A stretch of 62,255 bases of DNA, the filler included, from Dimargaris cristalligena (taxonomy: Eukaryota), in the NCBI GenBank assembly GCA_003614675.1. It is 14 parts of 14 records of this genome, joined end to end, with 100 filler letters (N's around TTAATTAATTAA, not from the genome) between each part and the next. Parts side by side here need not be neighbours in the genome. Positions count along the whole stretch, not along the records: positions 1 to 4,287 come from ML003788.1; positions 4,388 to 8,783 come from ML003789.1; positions 8,884 to 13,278 come from ML003790.1; 11 more parts are not named here. One strand, written 5' to 3'. The number at the start of each line of letters is the position of its first letter. Position 1 is the stretch's first letter. Position numbers and translations under genes: made by a program. Below are positions 1 to 13,378 of this stretch, one piece after another. The notes beneath the pieces were generated by a model. It searched no databases and had not been told where the DNA came from. It saw nothing but the letters and a program-made list of their open reading frames with translations.

Positions 1-751
1 TATTTTTTGGCAATCCGCATGTTTGGTCTTTTTATGGCCATTCCTATATAACGTCTAATATACTGCTAAAAAACTATTTAAAAGTAAGTGAAATTCAACT
101 ACAAAGGCCCTTGGATTGAGAGTGTTTCCTTCAAATTATGCAGACGGTCATTTTCATTAGCGTCGATATGAGCATGTGTCCCTAAAACTTCTTATCCAGT
201 CACATGCCTACTCGCCCAGTCCGCTTAATTATCCTATTGCGGGGGTGGTTTATGACATCATGTTATGGATGTTGCTGAGGTGAATCCGCCGAATCCCTGG
301 AAAATCCACCCTCCGAATTTTAGCTCATGTTTTGTGGTATAAGAACTTAAGCAGTCTGACCAACGTGGCTTGGGTCTACCACTATTCTGAAAGAAAGCCA
401 GAAGCTAGGGCAATTGGTATAATCCACTATATAAGTAGGTGGAGCGATCAATGCGCACCGAAATAAGTCATATCATATCCCACTACAGGTGCCACATACA
501 CTATTTGCATACCCTCCCCCTTATTAGCATGCGGATTCTCTAACAAAATGGTAAAATCTTTTACAGAATGGTTCATTAATAGAATGGGAAATGCCTCAAT
601 AAACTGAAAATCGACAAAGATTAAACTGAGTTGGCCAACCAGACCCAGTCCCGATAATTGAGGTGGTTGTTTGAGATTACACCGCATAATCCAGAGTTCT
701 TGCACCTCGAGCCAACTATACAAACTACGCGTAAAGTAAGCTGGAAGGGTT

Positions 752-3700
752 TTAGATAAACGTAAATACACTCTTGGCGCCAACCACCATTTTCTTGGCC
801 ACATCGGTGCCCACCACCCGTTCAAGTTGCTGGAGGTCGTAGTTCGTAAATAAAGCGGTACAGGTCCAATCCTCGGCATCGAATGCGCCTTTAGTCGCCT
901 CGGCCAGGGCCTGGGCGGTCTTTTGGAACAATTCACTGCGATTGTCGAATTTGCTGGCGCGGCTCACATTAGTGAGGGCCATGAAATTGATCAATTCGGG
1001 GTAGTAGTGATTATGCTGGGGCAAGCCGTAGTACACCACGTGTTGGATACCCCGGATACGGTAGCGGCGGTAGAAGTGGAACCGTTCGGTAATGACCAAA
1101 AAGCTGAGTTGGCCCCGGAAGAAAGCCAGGCGGTGACGGGTGATGTCGCGCCGGTTGCTGTATTCGGAAATGAACCCGGCGCTGTAGTTCTGCTTGAGCA
1201 TGTAGTTGCGCACCCGGACAAAGTCAAAGTAGGAGGGCACGAAAATGAGGACACCTTTGGCCGTCCAGGCCGCCGCCATCATGTTGGGTAGGAGGGTGTC
1301 GGTGAAATATTGGAACCGGGTGTCGTCGGCTTGGGCCAGGCTGGGGCAGTCCACACGGGTGAAGACCTGGGGAATTTTGGCCACAACCTTGGTGATCACG
1401 CCCGGGTGGGAACGGGTGATGCGGACCTTACCCGCGACATTCTGGAAATATTTCTTGTACATGGCGTTGAGTTCTGGGGTCAGGTAGTCGGTGAAGACGA
1501 GGTTCTGGCGCAGGTAGCGAGTCTTGCCGTCCAGAGCGTATCGGCGCACCCGCGAGAAGTCACAGTCGTGGGCCTCTTTCGGCATCAGGTTGAGGGCGTT
1601 CATCACGTGCTCGACGTGTTCCCAGTTCTGCATCTGGAGGAAGTCACACTGGTCCACAATTACCATTTCAATGGACGCTAACAGATCGGACTCGTAGGCT
1701 TTGCTACCGGGGATACCGATGGCCATACGCATCGCCAACGGGGATGCCACCAGAATATCCGAGTCGTAGAAGTCGGTGAACAGGTGGTCAATCTGACGGG
1801 AGAATTTAATGCCGAACCGGAAGTAGTCGTCGGTGTGGCCCCGGAAGTTGGCCAGGAAATCCTGGGGTTTGGACAAATCTACGCGGTCATCCTCGGGCCG
1901 GATACTGAACCCCCCGATGAGTTGGGCCTTCTTTTCGACCTGGTCCTTCCCGCCGATGCGCAGCAGCATACGGACCACTTCGAGGGCGCTGTTACGTGCC
2001 GGTAGCATAATCAGCACCTTGGGTCGGGTGAACCCCTGGTCCCGCTTTTCGCCGATATCCTCCCGGCGCAATTTGGCTCGCCGCAGGGACATGGCGTTCT
2101 CCGCCGTCGCATCCCGGTGCTTATACAAATGGCTGACGGCGTGCAACAAATAGGCGCGGCGGATCTGCGAGGCATTCGAGTGCAGGCGGTTGGTGAAGAG
2201 TACATCGCGGTAGGTGTTCATGAGCCGGAACAACTGCGCCTCCAAATCAATGTGGGAGTTGCCCTTGAACGCCCCATGCTTGGGTCTATGGGCCTCGACC
2301 CAGTGTTCCTTCACCTTCTCCTTGATGCGCAGGGCCTTGAAGTCGTCCAGGGGCTTGTTCAGACTGGCTACGAGTTCGGTCAGATTATCGACGTTGGCGC
2401 CCTCGTACGAATGAAACGTAATCCGGTGAAGAACGTCGTTGGTAAAAGTACGGGCCTTCGCCGAGCCCTGGTTCACACGTCCAATATGCAGGTCGAGCTC
2501 ATCCGATACGGCATCTCCGAAATGGGTGGTGTAATAGTCGATAGTTTCGTAGTCTGTGGGATCGTCCTCGTCAGCAATGGCTTCCTTCGCTAGAAGGGCT
2601 TCGTCTTCGTCGTCGTTTTCGCCGTCGCTATCTTGGGTGGGTCGACTTTTGAGTTGTTCGGCCAAACGAGCGTCCAGACTAGCGTTGTTCTCGGCGTATT
2701 TGGAAATGTAAAGCCGGATCGCCTCGGGATCTTCGAAGTCCGCGTCATCGTTATTGGTTGAGAGGGTGGGTATCGGGTTCTTTTGGGAAGATGCCACGGC
2801 CGTGATGTCAGTTGTTTCGCTGGTCATCTCATTTTCACCATCCTCTTCGACATCGACATCGACGTTGTCGTCGTTGTCCTCACCGGCATCATCACCATTC
2901 CCACAGTTTTCAGCATCCTCGCTATCCAAGTCAGAGCCATTTTGGGAGTCGGCCGCGTCCTTGGGATCTTTATCGTCGCTGGCGGCGTCCTCGCCGTCAC
3001 TTCCACCATCACTGCTGCTGCTCTCGGCGGCTTCCTCCTCCAACTCGTGACGTTCGTAAACTTCCGAAAATTCGGATTTTTTCTTAAGAATCCCCACCAG
3101 CATTTCGAAGGCGTTGCCGGCATTGACATCCTCGTCATCACCACTATTATCACCACCACGGCCACGACCGGATGACTTCTTCGGCCGACCGGCCGCCGCC
3201 GCAGTTGTAGCGGGACGGAGGGCCCGGTGGTTCTCACCCAATACTGATTTGAGTTTCTGTTTCGTCAGAAACAGGCCACTCCGGGAAGTCGACTGCGCCA
3301 GGCGCGAGTGGGCCTGGTCTTGGGTGTCGTCCTCGGCAGTGACCCCGGTCGATCCCACCGTCAAAAATTCGATGCCTTCACCCTGACCGTCCAGTTGAAT
3401 TCGCCGTTTTTTGCGGGCGATGAGACTGTCTTTAGCGTACGAAAGATCGTCGTCCGAGTCGCTTTCGTCCGCCAGTCGGGATTGGGCGTCATCGCGGGCT
3501 TGGGCCCGATTCGTATAGGGGACGTCATCATCGATGGCGTTACCATGCTTATCCACCGCAAAGGTCGTTTCGCTGTACCTATGTGGGTGAAGGAATCATA
3601 TTCCAAACCCAGAAAGAGTTATGTACGTGGTAAAATGGGTTAGTAAAACAGGGAGTTTACTAATGTATATCAGCCAGAATCAGGGGAATTCTATATCCTA

Positions 3701-4034
3701 CCCAATGCACCAAGTCACCCAGGGCTGGCGATATGCAAATCATAATTCGTATACCACCTGACCAGGTCAATTAAGCAAAATGTCGCAAAGTATCAATGTA
3801 TGCCCGTTGGTTAATGCATTTCCCTTTAAGAATACCAACTTACGGCTTATTAATGGCCCGGGAAATGGCGTCTTCGAGGTCGTCATCTCCCCGGTCCATA
3901 GTAGGGTCTAGTTGACCATATTCGTCAATTTCTTCACGTTGCTGAGCGATGGTTTTCTTTGAAGGTTGGCTACCCTTGCCCCGATCCTTGCGACTCACGG
4001 TGCGCTTGGAGTACTTGGTCTTTGAGGGACCCAT
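752..4034 (-). CDS. UTP25: U3 snoRNA-associated protein Utp25 (DEF/DUF1253), two exons: 3844..4034 and 752..3578
   Basis: 934-aa ORF with acidic N-terminus and Utp25 motifs RDQGFTRPKVL, DILVASPL, MQNWEH, LIFVPSYFDFVRVRNY, TERFHFYRRY. Upstream exon MGPSKTKYSK joins in frame through intron 3579..3843 (CC|GTAAGT...CATAG|GTAC). Confidence 0.93.
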
Positions 4035-4287
4035 GGCAATGTTGAATTCGGAATTGGACAAGTGGAACTAAAGAAACGGAGGCTAATGGTCAATGAGTCT
4101 CGTGCGGTAAATGGCCAAGACAACCTAGGCACGTAGGGTCAAGGGAATGGCAAGCATAAGGTACTACTTGAGTTTTTTCGGCTGTGTTGACCAACCTACC
4201 AATATGGGCTATGGTAAAGATTCCAGGTGAAGTAATTAAAATAATAAAAAAAAAAGAGGCCGCCAATGTTACAATGACAAAAAAATT

Positions 4288-4387
4288 NNNNNNNNNNNNN
4301 NNNNNNNNNNNNNNNNNNNNNNNNNNNNNNNTTAATTAATTAANNNNNNNNNNNNNNNNNNNNNNNNNNNNNNNNNNNNNNNNNNNN
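4288..4387. other. Artificial contig spacer N44-TTAATTAATTAA-N44 (first of 13)
   Basis: Identical 100-bp spacer with stops in all six frames recurs at 8784, 13279, 17764, 22248, 26729, 31208, 35681, 40150, 44613, 48952, 53398, 57831. Contig lengths fall from 4396 to about 4330 bp. Confidence 0.98.
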
Positions 4388-4439
4388 ACATTAGAATAAG
4401 GGAGTGATGTAAAAGTTTTCCTTATTTATATCTTATTTC

Positions 4440-5093
4440 TATAAATGCCCCGGAGGATCCGAGGTATTCTCATTTTCCATTTTCCACATTTCCTTTCTCT
4501 TTTCGTACACCATTTAAACTTAAGGACCCAACCAGTTTTCTCCCTTCATGGTTTTATGGTTGCCAGTCCATTTGAGGATGATGTCCAAAAGATCATAGCA
4601 TAGTCTTAAAGCTGTAACATCAAATTTTCTTATTTATAGTCTCCCAGCCAGCCCTTAAAATGGCAAGTTATCTTTGAGATTAGTTTTTATTATTCAGAAT
4701 AAATATCTATTTTTTTAACTTCACCCAGTGTTTTACCCAGCATCAACTGAGGACTTCAACCAGAAGTCAATTTTTCATTTTCTTAATTTTTATTATCTTA
4801 TTTTATTTTCAACACATAGCCACCGTGGCTCCTCCAGTACCTAACTCCGATGACGGGAGTGTAGGACCATTTTGTGTGGAACATTTGGCACCGTACCCCA
4901 GTTCGATCTCCGACAACAGCTCTGAGCCAATCCGACTAGCCGAAGGACCATTTCCTGAGTTCTCCATGTTGCATCCAGGCGCTGGCCCCTTGAAACCAAT
5001 GTCCGGTGAACCTTCCAGTCCGGGAGGGAGCAGGGAATCCAACCCCAGCCCTAATCCTGAAATGGAGGTGCCTCAAATCACCGGCACAATAAT
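4440..5093. repeat. Dispersed LTR-like repeat family B, copy 1
   Basis: Colinear with 40250..40683 and about 41160..41890 (shared CCCTTAAAATGGYAAGTTAYCTT, TAACTTCACCCAG, CCTCCAGYACCYAACTCC). Similarity ends at about 5093. Confidence 0.8.
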
Positions 5094-7326
5094 AGGTACC
5101 ACTAGGTGGGTTTGTTTTATTGAATTATAGACGATGGGTGACATTTGAAGTGGTTAAAATGGTAAGAACTAAAGTAACCAAAAAATTTCATGTACTATCC
5201 CAGAAACTGGAGATAAAAATCTACCCACTGGAGTATATTTGCCAATGTACACTACCCGTCCCTTGAAGGGGAGCCCTATTCTTATCTGGTGGAGCCTGAC
5301 GAGTTCGAGTTTAAATTATAGTACCATGTCCAAGATAGGCCAATTGTTTGTGTTTAAAGCCAAAACCCGGATATAAATAAGCCCCAATACAGGATCATCA
5401 CTACAGAGACCATTCCCTACCTGAACTTTAACTCCACAAACACAGCTTCAACTACCCATACTTTGTATTTCATAAGCTAGACACGCTGTTTCAAAGAGAT
5501 TCAGAGTTGCATTGGCAGCTCTGGTGGCCACGACATACGCCAGGTATGTTTTAACATAGTTACGCTGGAGAGTCGGAAGACTGAGCACTATAAATTACCT
5601 TTAAATTTACCGCCATCACTACCCTCCTATCCATCAAACACCATTACATATTCCTGCCACGGCCCTATAGATTTGCTAATTTCTTATCGCATAATTTAAT
5701 TCCATATATATATATATATATATATACAATAGCCACCCTTTGGTATATACTAAGAAAATCCCCGGCCATCTGAAGCACTGTTCAGCTCTTCTTAGCCATT
5801 CGCAAATTTACCTATGTAGGTTAAATCTGTTTTATATTAGCGCACTATATATTACTCGCCCCCACCTTGCCAGCTATAAATTCACAAGAAATCCTATAGC
5901 ACTTGAACAAAGTATCCCCATTGTACACTTTATCTAGTCGCAGCATATGACAAGTGTCTATTTGGGCCACATCTTAAGGCATGGGATATGCTATTCCGTT
6001 GACAGGCCCCATAATCCCCGGGCTAGGAGTAGTATACCAAAACACCAGTCCCATTGGCATGTTGATGCTGGCTCGACTAACTGTGTTGGTCGTTTTGCCG
6101 TCTAAATGGCACTATTTCCCATAACAATGGACCAGGGCCTGGGAACAATCCTAATGAACGGTATTTATCTCTCAGACTGGCACTGTTGAACCAGAAGACA
6201 CGGACTTTACCAACACCGACCAACTTCTCTGCTCGACTGGGTTTATTTGTATGAGGTGCACGGCAAAATTGGCACCTGTTGACGCAACACTGTTTACATA
6301 ATACTCCTACCCTTATCCACCTGCACCTATTCCGGAATATCCGGTAAATCGGACTGCTGAATGAAAGAAGTGCATCGTTATTATCTAGGATAAAATTGTC
6401 ACTGAATTCCAGATCCCATTGAATGGATTCTAACAAGCGTATAAAACCATGGTTAACCGTGGGATTGAAGTCAAGGGGCTTCTGAAAGATAGTGCAGAAA
6501 ATTCACCAAGTCCAAAATTCCAAACTCATTTACAAGCGAACTTCACTATCATAAATGGAAGTCTTCGCGCTGGAATCCCTAACGAAGCCATGTAGTTATT
6601 AAATCTCTAAATAAGGCTGAATCAATTTCTGGCTTTTATATTTCACCATTCAACCAGGCGTTCATTTCAAGGATTCATTGAAAGGAACTTGGAAATATGA
6701 TTAAATTTATATTGGAATCGCAGTTATAATACGAAGAGTATCCACCGTATTATACTATTACTGGCCCTAGTATGCGTAAATAAATATGGTATCTTGTCTT
6801 GCCAGCCTAGCTCCAGCGTATACTGTGCCAAGCATATTCTCCCCACGATACTTTTTTTCGATTTCTGATTTCTTACCCTCACAAATTTTGCACTTTCCAC
6901 CGTTTTGTACCAGTCCTCTATCCCTAGATCCGGGATTTATATCAACAAATTCATCATTTACAATTTAGTGTGGTTCAACTTGTGTTTAAGTAAATTATTG
7001 CAGGCCACTTTCAGTGCAGGTAACTGGAATCTACATTCAAATGAGCAGGTCTTGGCTACGTTACACCTACTCATGGGCGCCAGAGGATTACACAGGTGAG
7101 TAAGCTACTTGCCAATACCTGTCCGATACCAAACCATCATTTTCATTAATGCATCTGTCATACTACACACTTTGCCATCTTGTAAAATGAAAGTTACTAA
7201 ACTCATCATTTATATTGAAACATACAATTTCTCTTATTTTTATTTTCTGCTACGGTATCAAATGAATACTCAAAAGCAGAATCATCTGCCAAGGACCTGA
7301 TATCTCACGTCCTAAGAAGACACCGG

Positions 7327-7725
7327 ATGTATATGGCCTCCAATGCGCCAATATATGAGAATATTACTGAGGGTAGTGCGAACTACTATAATTACCCGCC
7401 TGGCACGGTCGCCCTCCTTAATGTACAAGACATTAAGGATCCCCATATTTGCCACAGCCACTTTATCTGCCTCAAGTTGGGCCAGCGGCAAGACTTAGAG
7501 ATAAGTGGCACCAATTATGCTAAGCAGCTCCAAATCCTTCTGGATCAGCTTAGTGGAAAGAATGCAAAAGCTGATTTATTCATTATTCCCCCTGAGGAGG
7601 CTGCTCACTTCTGCTTCCTTATGATTTTGCACCATCTCCAACCTCTGTTGAGGAAAATGGGTCTCAAACTACTGGCTGAAGATAGGACTAACAACATTTT
7701 AAGTTGGATCTGGCCACAACCTTAG
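7327..7725 (+). CDS. Hypothetical protein, possibly last exon of a decayed multi-exon gene
   Basis: 132-aa ATG ORF in AT-rich sequence; splice-donor-like sites upstream (7019 GTAAC, 7096 GTGAGT). No recognisable motif. Confidence 0.25.
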   Translation: MYMASNAPIYENITEGSANYYNYPPGTVALLNVQDIKDPHICHSHFICLKLGQRQDLEISGTNYAKQLQILLDQLSGKNAKADLFIIPPEEAAHFCFLMILHHLQPLLRKMGLKLLAEDRTNNILSWIWPQP

Positions 7726-8075
7726 CAAGGCAGGTTCCTACTCCACAGCTTCTGTAAGTTTTTATTTGACTCATAAAAATTCACTTGATAATTAACACTC
7801 TTCATAGGAGGGAAGGGTCTCAATACCATATTGAATGTGGTTTGCCCCCCTCTCTACTTTCCCCAATCACTATTATCAGAATTTAAGACTGGCTGTTGTT
7901 GTGGCTGGCCTAAGAGGACCCTAATGGTATTCCTAATAGACCACATAAGTTATAGTTTACCTACGGGCTGATGGCCATAATCCTAAATACAATTGGACTC
8001 TACTTATATTATTAGCATCATTTTTTAACACATAATATTGAGACTTACCCCAGTTTCACAATTATTAGATTATAT

Positions 8076-8613
8076 TATCACCTGGGTTAACCACTCTTAG
8101 TCTATCAAGAGTCCTAAGGATAAGCTTCTAATAGTAGCAGGGCTTAGGCTTAGCTAAGTAGGCTACTAGTATCAGGTACAGGGTATAGTACTAACTAATA
8201 AAGGCTCAGTAGTAGGGATATGTAAGGGACATGTAGTAGGCACACTTATTAGTCAATACAAGGGGGTATGTAGTGCCACCCAGAGGTTGGCACTTATCCC
8301 CAGGCTATGAACAGCTAGTCCTCATTGCCAGAGGGTGGAATATGCCATGATATGCAATGGCAGTATCATTCCTATCATTTACCCACAAAAAAACACTGCC
8401 TATACTGTGGTGCCCACAAAAACCAACAAAATATTATTCCTTTCTTTATACTTGCAGTTTGTATTAAAAAGCCTACCATTCTTCCTTGCATTTAAAAGTC
8501 CAACCTATTTTTTGGTAGATTCCTTATTATTCTATCTCTTTCCATTCTTGATTTTTTTCTCTACATCCCTGACCTTGTATCCAGCAGCCCCTAAGGCCCA
8601 TGGGATGGCTACA
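8076..8613 (+). mobile_element. Decayed solo-LTR-like element, family C
   Basis: Starts TATCACCTGGGTTAACCACTCTTAGTC, a transition-decayed version of TGTCGCCCGAGTTAACC at 8658 and 57573; plausible end at ...GGCTACA. Right boundary is approximate. Confidence 0.6.
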
Positions 8614-8657
8614 TAAGTAACTAGTGAATTCCCACTTATTTGAAGAGGAATCATCAC

Positions 8658-8783
8658 TGTCGCCCGAGTTAACCTCTCTTAGTCCGTCAAGAGTCTCGGG
8701 GGTAGGCTTCTAACAGTAGGCGGGGCGTTGGACACGGCCAAGCGGGCTACTAGTGTTAGGGGGGGGTGACAGGACTAACCGAA
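8658..8783 (+). mobile_element. Young LTR-like element family C, 5' end, cut by contig end
   Basis: Begins TG; near-identical to 57573..57700 (TGTCGCCCGAGTT...GGCCAAGCGGGCTACTAGTGTTAGGGG). Confidence 0.75.
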
Positions 8784-8883
8784 NNNNNNNNNNNNNNNNN
8801 NNNNNNNNNNNNNNNNNNNNNNNNNNNTTAATTAATTAANNNNNNNNNNNNNNNNNNNNNNNNNNNNNNNNNNNNNNNNNNNN

Positions 8884-10192
8884 TAAAAATGACGAAGAGG
8901 AGACGCCCTTCAAAGGGTTGGATCACGGCGGGACGGCCGCTGCTACCGGTGTTCCCCTCCCCGGCCTTTTCGGCGTTGGGAGCCGCGCCGTCCGCCTGGT
9001 TGGCCTCGGAGAGCGGGCCGTACTGTTCCTGATGGGCCACTTCCCGTCGTCGCAGGAGACGAGTATAGTTCTTATCAGCCATGATACCCCCGATCAGCGC
9101 CCCGCTGATACAGCCCACCCCAATGGCAATATAGCACAACCCGATGTTGGAGGTTGAATAATGGTATTGGTCGGCCAGAATGGTCGAAACGGCCGTGTTC
9201 ATGGAATAGAAGGAACCGAAGATCAGGGCGGTACACAGCGTAGGCAGGGACACGTACTTGAACTTGAGGGTGGGGGCAATCGCAAACGGGTTGATCTGCT
9301 GCAAAGTGATCGGCGGGCGGGGCTTCAGGTGGATGTCAGCGGGTAAACCCTTGAGGGGCATCTGGTAACGACGGGCCATCGTCACTCGGTGGGTTTCGGG
9401 CATGATGAACGTAACAATGGCGCAAAAGACCCCGCTAATAATCACCGACAGCCAAAAAGTCCACCGCCAACCCAAATTTTCAGCAACGTAACCACCAATG
9501 ATCGTACCTAGGACAGGTCCCAGCATCTGGGCACTGAAAAACACGCCCAGGGCCCCACCGCGCTGGGCGGGTTCGTACACGTCACTGATCGAACCGGCAC
9601 CGACCACAATGGTGGCGGAACCGCCAAAGGCCTGCAGGAACCGCATGCCCAGGAGCAGCGAGTCGCTTTCAGCCAGGGCACATCCGACCGAGGCCAGGGC
9701 GCACACCAGACAACCCAACGAATACGAGTAACGTCGGCCAAACTGGTCGGCCATGGGACCCCAGAAAATCGGGGCAACTCCCAATCCAATCATAAATACC
9801 GACACGGCCACGTTGATACGCTCGACCGTCGAATTCAAGTCATCCGCAACAATGTGCAGGGCCGGCAGGAAAATGTTGGAGCAAAACGGGGCGAGCATCC
9901 CCGTCACTCCGGCGATTATCACCACAATCTTTTTCCAGCCTTCGGATAAGGGGGTGTACAACAGTTCGGGGGCATCGGCCTCGGCTTCGGAGTCCTTGGT
10001 GTCTTCCGGGACGTCTACGGAAAGGGCCTGTTTCGGCGGGTTGGACAACGAGTTGCGACGGGTCTCACCACCACCCCCGAGGAACGACGACGACGACGCG
10101 TCTTCGAGCGAATCACCATTGATTACGGTGGAGGCGTTGGCGACGCCACTGCCCTGGAAATCGGAGAGCGGGCTATGAGTGAGTCCAGCCAT
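8884..10192 (-). CDS. MFS transporter, DHA1 drug:H+ antiporter type (Qdr/Dtr1-like), 3' truncated
   Basis: Multiple TM segments; motifs WGPMADQFGRR, GAGSISDVYEPAQRG, GPVLGTIIGG, LGWRWTFW, MPET. Confidence 0.9.
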
Positions 10193-12477
10193 CTCTGTAG
10201 GGATAAATACGGCAGTGGGGAAAGCAGCCGTGAGAATCCAATAAGCGGGTCAGGGACTTCTGCGGGGGAAACCAGTGGAGAGGAGTGGGAAAAAACCCTG
10301 ACTGAATCACACACACACACACCTCACGTAATGGTCAAGCGGAAAGCGGATATATTGGGCTAGGCCTAGCGTGCGCTAAGGCGGGACCAATGTGCAGATA
10401 TCGACAGGTGCTGTGTACTAGTAATAAAATGGTCAAGTAGACGAACCTCGAATAATTCGAGTAGAATTAGCTGAGAGCCCAGGCCGGATAATTAAAAGTA
10501 AATAAAAAAGAATAGCTAAACTTAAGAGGGTCACCGGGTATTTTTTTTAAAAAATGAAGTATAGGATAGCCGGTAGAATCGGAATAAAAGCAGTGAGGGG
10601 GGTGGCAAACGTATGGTTCACAATCGAATGGTGAAAATTACAACAGTGCAACTAGACTGACAGATTTTGGAATACCTAATTTGGAATTCGGGGCAAACTG
10701 ATTAAATATTGGGTGAGTGAAAGGGTCGAAAAATGAAAAACCGAAAATAGAACCTGTTACTTACTGCTAACTTTGGGGATGATACAAAGGCGGAGAATAT
10801 TGCGGCTATATATATATATATAGCTGTGGGCAAGAACGAAGGGGGAGAGGGCTGACTACCACCCATACCTGGCCATGGTACCGCACAACCTGGACGGGGA
10901 GACAATGTGGGTAAAACAGTAGGGACTGGTGGGCGGTGGTGAGTGGTTTTTCCCCCAATGAAAACCCTCCAAGAGAAAAAGTCCTTTTCACAACAGTGCA
11001 GCAGCCCCAGAATAGCGCTCTCCACGCGCGAATCGCCACCGGGACTGTCGTTTGCAAGACCTCACTGTGAATGGGGGAGAAAGGCGGATCTTAGGCACAC
11101 CAGTGCGCGAATCACCAGACTCTCTCTCGTTAAATGAGAATCTCTCACTGCTATTTGTCATCCCATGGGCACAATTGGTGGAAAATAAGGGACAGTATTC
11201 TAACCAAACAGCTTCAATTAAGCCCCTTCCATACACGACACTAGTAATCACTTCCAAGGCTGATAAATTTTATTTCCAATTAGGGGATTTCCTAAACGAA
11301 ACAAGGAAGGTAGGCAGAAGACGTCGAATGGGAATCCTTCTGCAACGCGATTTATCTATTCTCCGATTGCTGGATGCTCTAGAGGGCAGCTGAAAACAAA
11401 ACAACAATTGTTCTTGGACAAAGCCTCCGGATGTTCGAACAGTTACGGTTACTTAATACCTCGCCAAAACGGCACCGCGCCTTCATCAATCGACACAAAA
11501 AGTATCCAGGAGAAATGGTTAGGCCTGCATGGTAGATGCCCATATGACCCCAAGTAACTGCCATACAGTTCGGCCAATTTCTCAGGAGGCTGCCCCGCTA
11601 CGGCTAAATGTTTTAAAATGTGGCGTGGGGTTAGTCAGCAACCCCATTCAGCGGCTAGGTCGGAGAAGGTCGCACATTTCCCCCATTAATTTGATGGAAA
11701 GTACAGGGATAGTTCTGGATTAGCCTTAAAAAAATGCCGGGCATTGCGAATGACTCACCCACCCTATTCGTTCATTATACAGTGCCAATGCTTGAATCTT
11801 CCGAGCGGCCTGTTTGGCCCATTCGGTTTTCCGATATTTCCTCCTATAATAGCGAATCTAGTCCTGCTATCTGATGTCCGGCCACCAGCCAGTTACGCTA
11901 GTTCCGGGTAGGGGAGTTTACCGGACTCGACTAGTACACGGCAGTATCCAGGCAATCACATTGAATCATCCTGGCCAGACGCGGTGGAACGAGAAAAAAA
12001 TAGCCGTGTCCGGAAGCCTCAGTGGATGGTAATCTAACCCTGCCAACATGTGCTAGTTTGGCACCAACTACCGCCCCCCCTTACATACATATTTCCGGCC
12101 ACCGGCCGACCACTGAGAATTCCCCACCTCTTTCTGCCTGTGCTGCTCACAGGCCCCGTGGATAAAACCCCCTTCTCACTTTGGCGGGGTACAGTCGCTG
12201 CGGATTGGGCATAATAAAAATCCACGAATAGAATCCATCTTCGGCAAAGATAATACCCGGAAAGGGGTTGGAATTTATTGGTGGGGATTTGTCAGTTATT
12301 AAGCCCACAGATGAACTCCTCACTCATACACTCATCTATTTCCATAATAATCTACATACGTTTTCCGATGGCTTGACGTTCCGCAGCGATGCAATATCCC
12401 ACCTCTAAAATGGACGTGCATAGTCTGAAACGGAAAAAATGCCTGAAAAATATGCTCAGGGTTTTTTATAATACACA

Positions 12478-12614
12478 TGGGTGAAATTCAGCTCGGCTGT
12501 ATAAGGTTTTAATAGATTGTGTATGGGAAAATCAGTGGGATGTTAATTTTCAACCAGTAGTATTTGCCTCCCCAAATGGATTTTTCGTTATACAGCCTTG
12601 TTGAACTACTCCCA
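12478..12614. mobile_element. MITE, about 137 bp, diverged full copy
   Basis: Imperfect terminal inverted repeats TGGGTGAAATTCAGCTCGGCTGTATAA / TTATACAGCCTTGTTGAACTACTCCCA; colinear with 44360..44497. Confidence 0.8.
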
Positions 12615-13235
12615 CATGGTTTTATAATACCTTCCACGTCATCCAAACAACTCCCTCCTTTCCAAAACGAATTATAGTTGATTATCTGATAGTCAAAACG
12701 ACCCCTGGTAAGTGGGCCGGCAACGTAAGCTAAACCAGTAACGAATGGCCTTATTGTAGGTTTCGTTGCTAATCACAGACAACCACACAACCTAATTCGG
12801 CACTCGGCCATCTGATAAAAGAATGGGGATACAGTAATGACTGCGGAATAGAGAGGGGGAGCTCACGTCCCGGCTGATGGCCAATCCAACTCTGTTATTA
12901 ATCGGGTAATTTGAGTGGAGCTATAGGGATATTCCTTTTCAGCCATTATTTTTGTGTAATGAGTATACCACAACTGTGTCGGATTTTCCGGTATACTTCA
13001 ATGACAATACAGGGTGTTTTTTGGTTATAGTTAGCCCGCACTGGCCCTGTCAGGTTGTACTATTATGTAGCTTAACTGGGAGAATTCCGACATTATGTTT
13101 AGGGTAAGATAAATATAGGGTGTTTTTATGCTGAAATACTACAAGCTTTCAAGATCGAACGTTCAAACCAATGGATTGCTTGTCCGACGAATTCCCTGGC
13201 AGCTGGTTTTGGATAAATATATATATATATATATA

Positions 13236-13278
13236 TGGGAGAAGTTCATCCAAGCTGTATAACGAAAAATCCATTAGA
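13236..13278. mobile_element. MITE terminus inserted in a (TA)n tract, cut by contig end
   Basis: TGGGAGAAGTTCATCCAAGCTGTATAACGAAAAATCCATTAGA is the exact reverse complement of 35790..35832, with different flanks. Confidence 0.8.
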
Positions 13279-13378
13279 NNNNNNNNNNNNNNNNNNNNNN
13301 NNNNNNNNNNNNNNNNNNNNNNTTAATTAATTAANNNNNNNNNNNNNNNNNNNNNNNNNNNNNNNNNNNNNNNNNNNN

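Noticed and set aside
4332..4343. Recurrent palindrome TTAATTAATTAA at regular 4.4-kb spacing
   Set aside because: Synthetic six-frame stop linker inside N runs, not a biological repeat or CRISPR.
4809..5130. ORFs 4809..5042, 4825..5130, 40370..40666, 41592..41792 as a small gene family
   Set aside because: They are frames within repeat family B, not conserved in all copies, with no protein motif.
13236..13278. Exact overlap with 35790..35832 as evidence that the two contigs join
   Set aside because: Both show the same MITE end with different outer flanks, so they are separate insertions.
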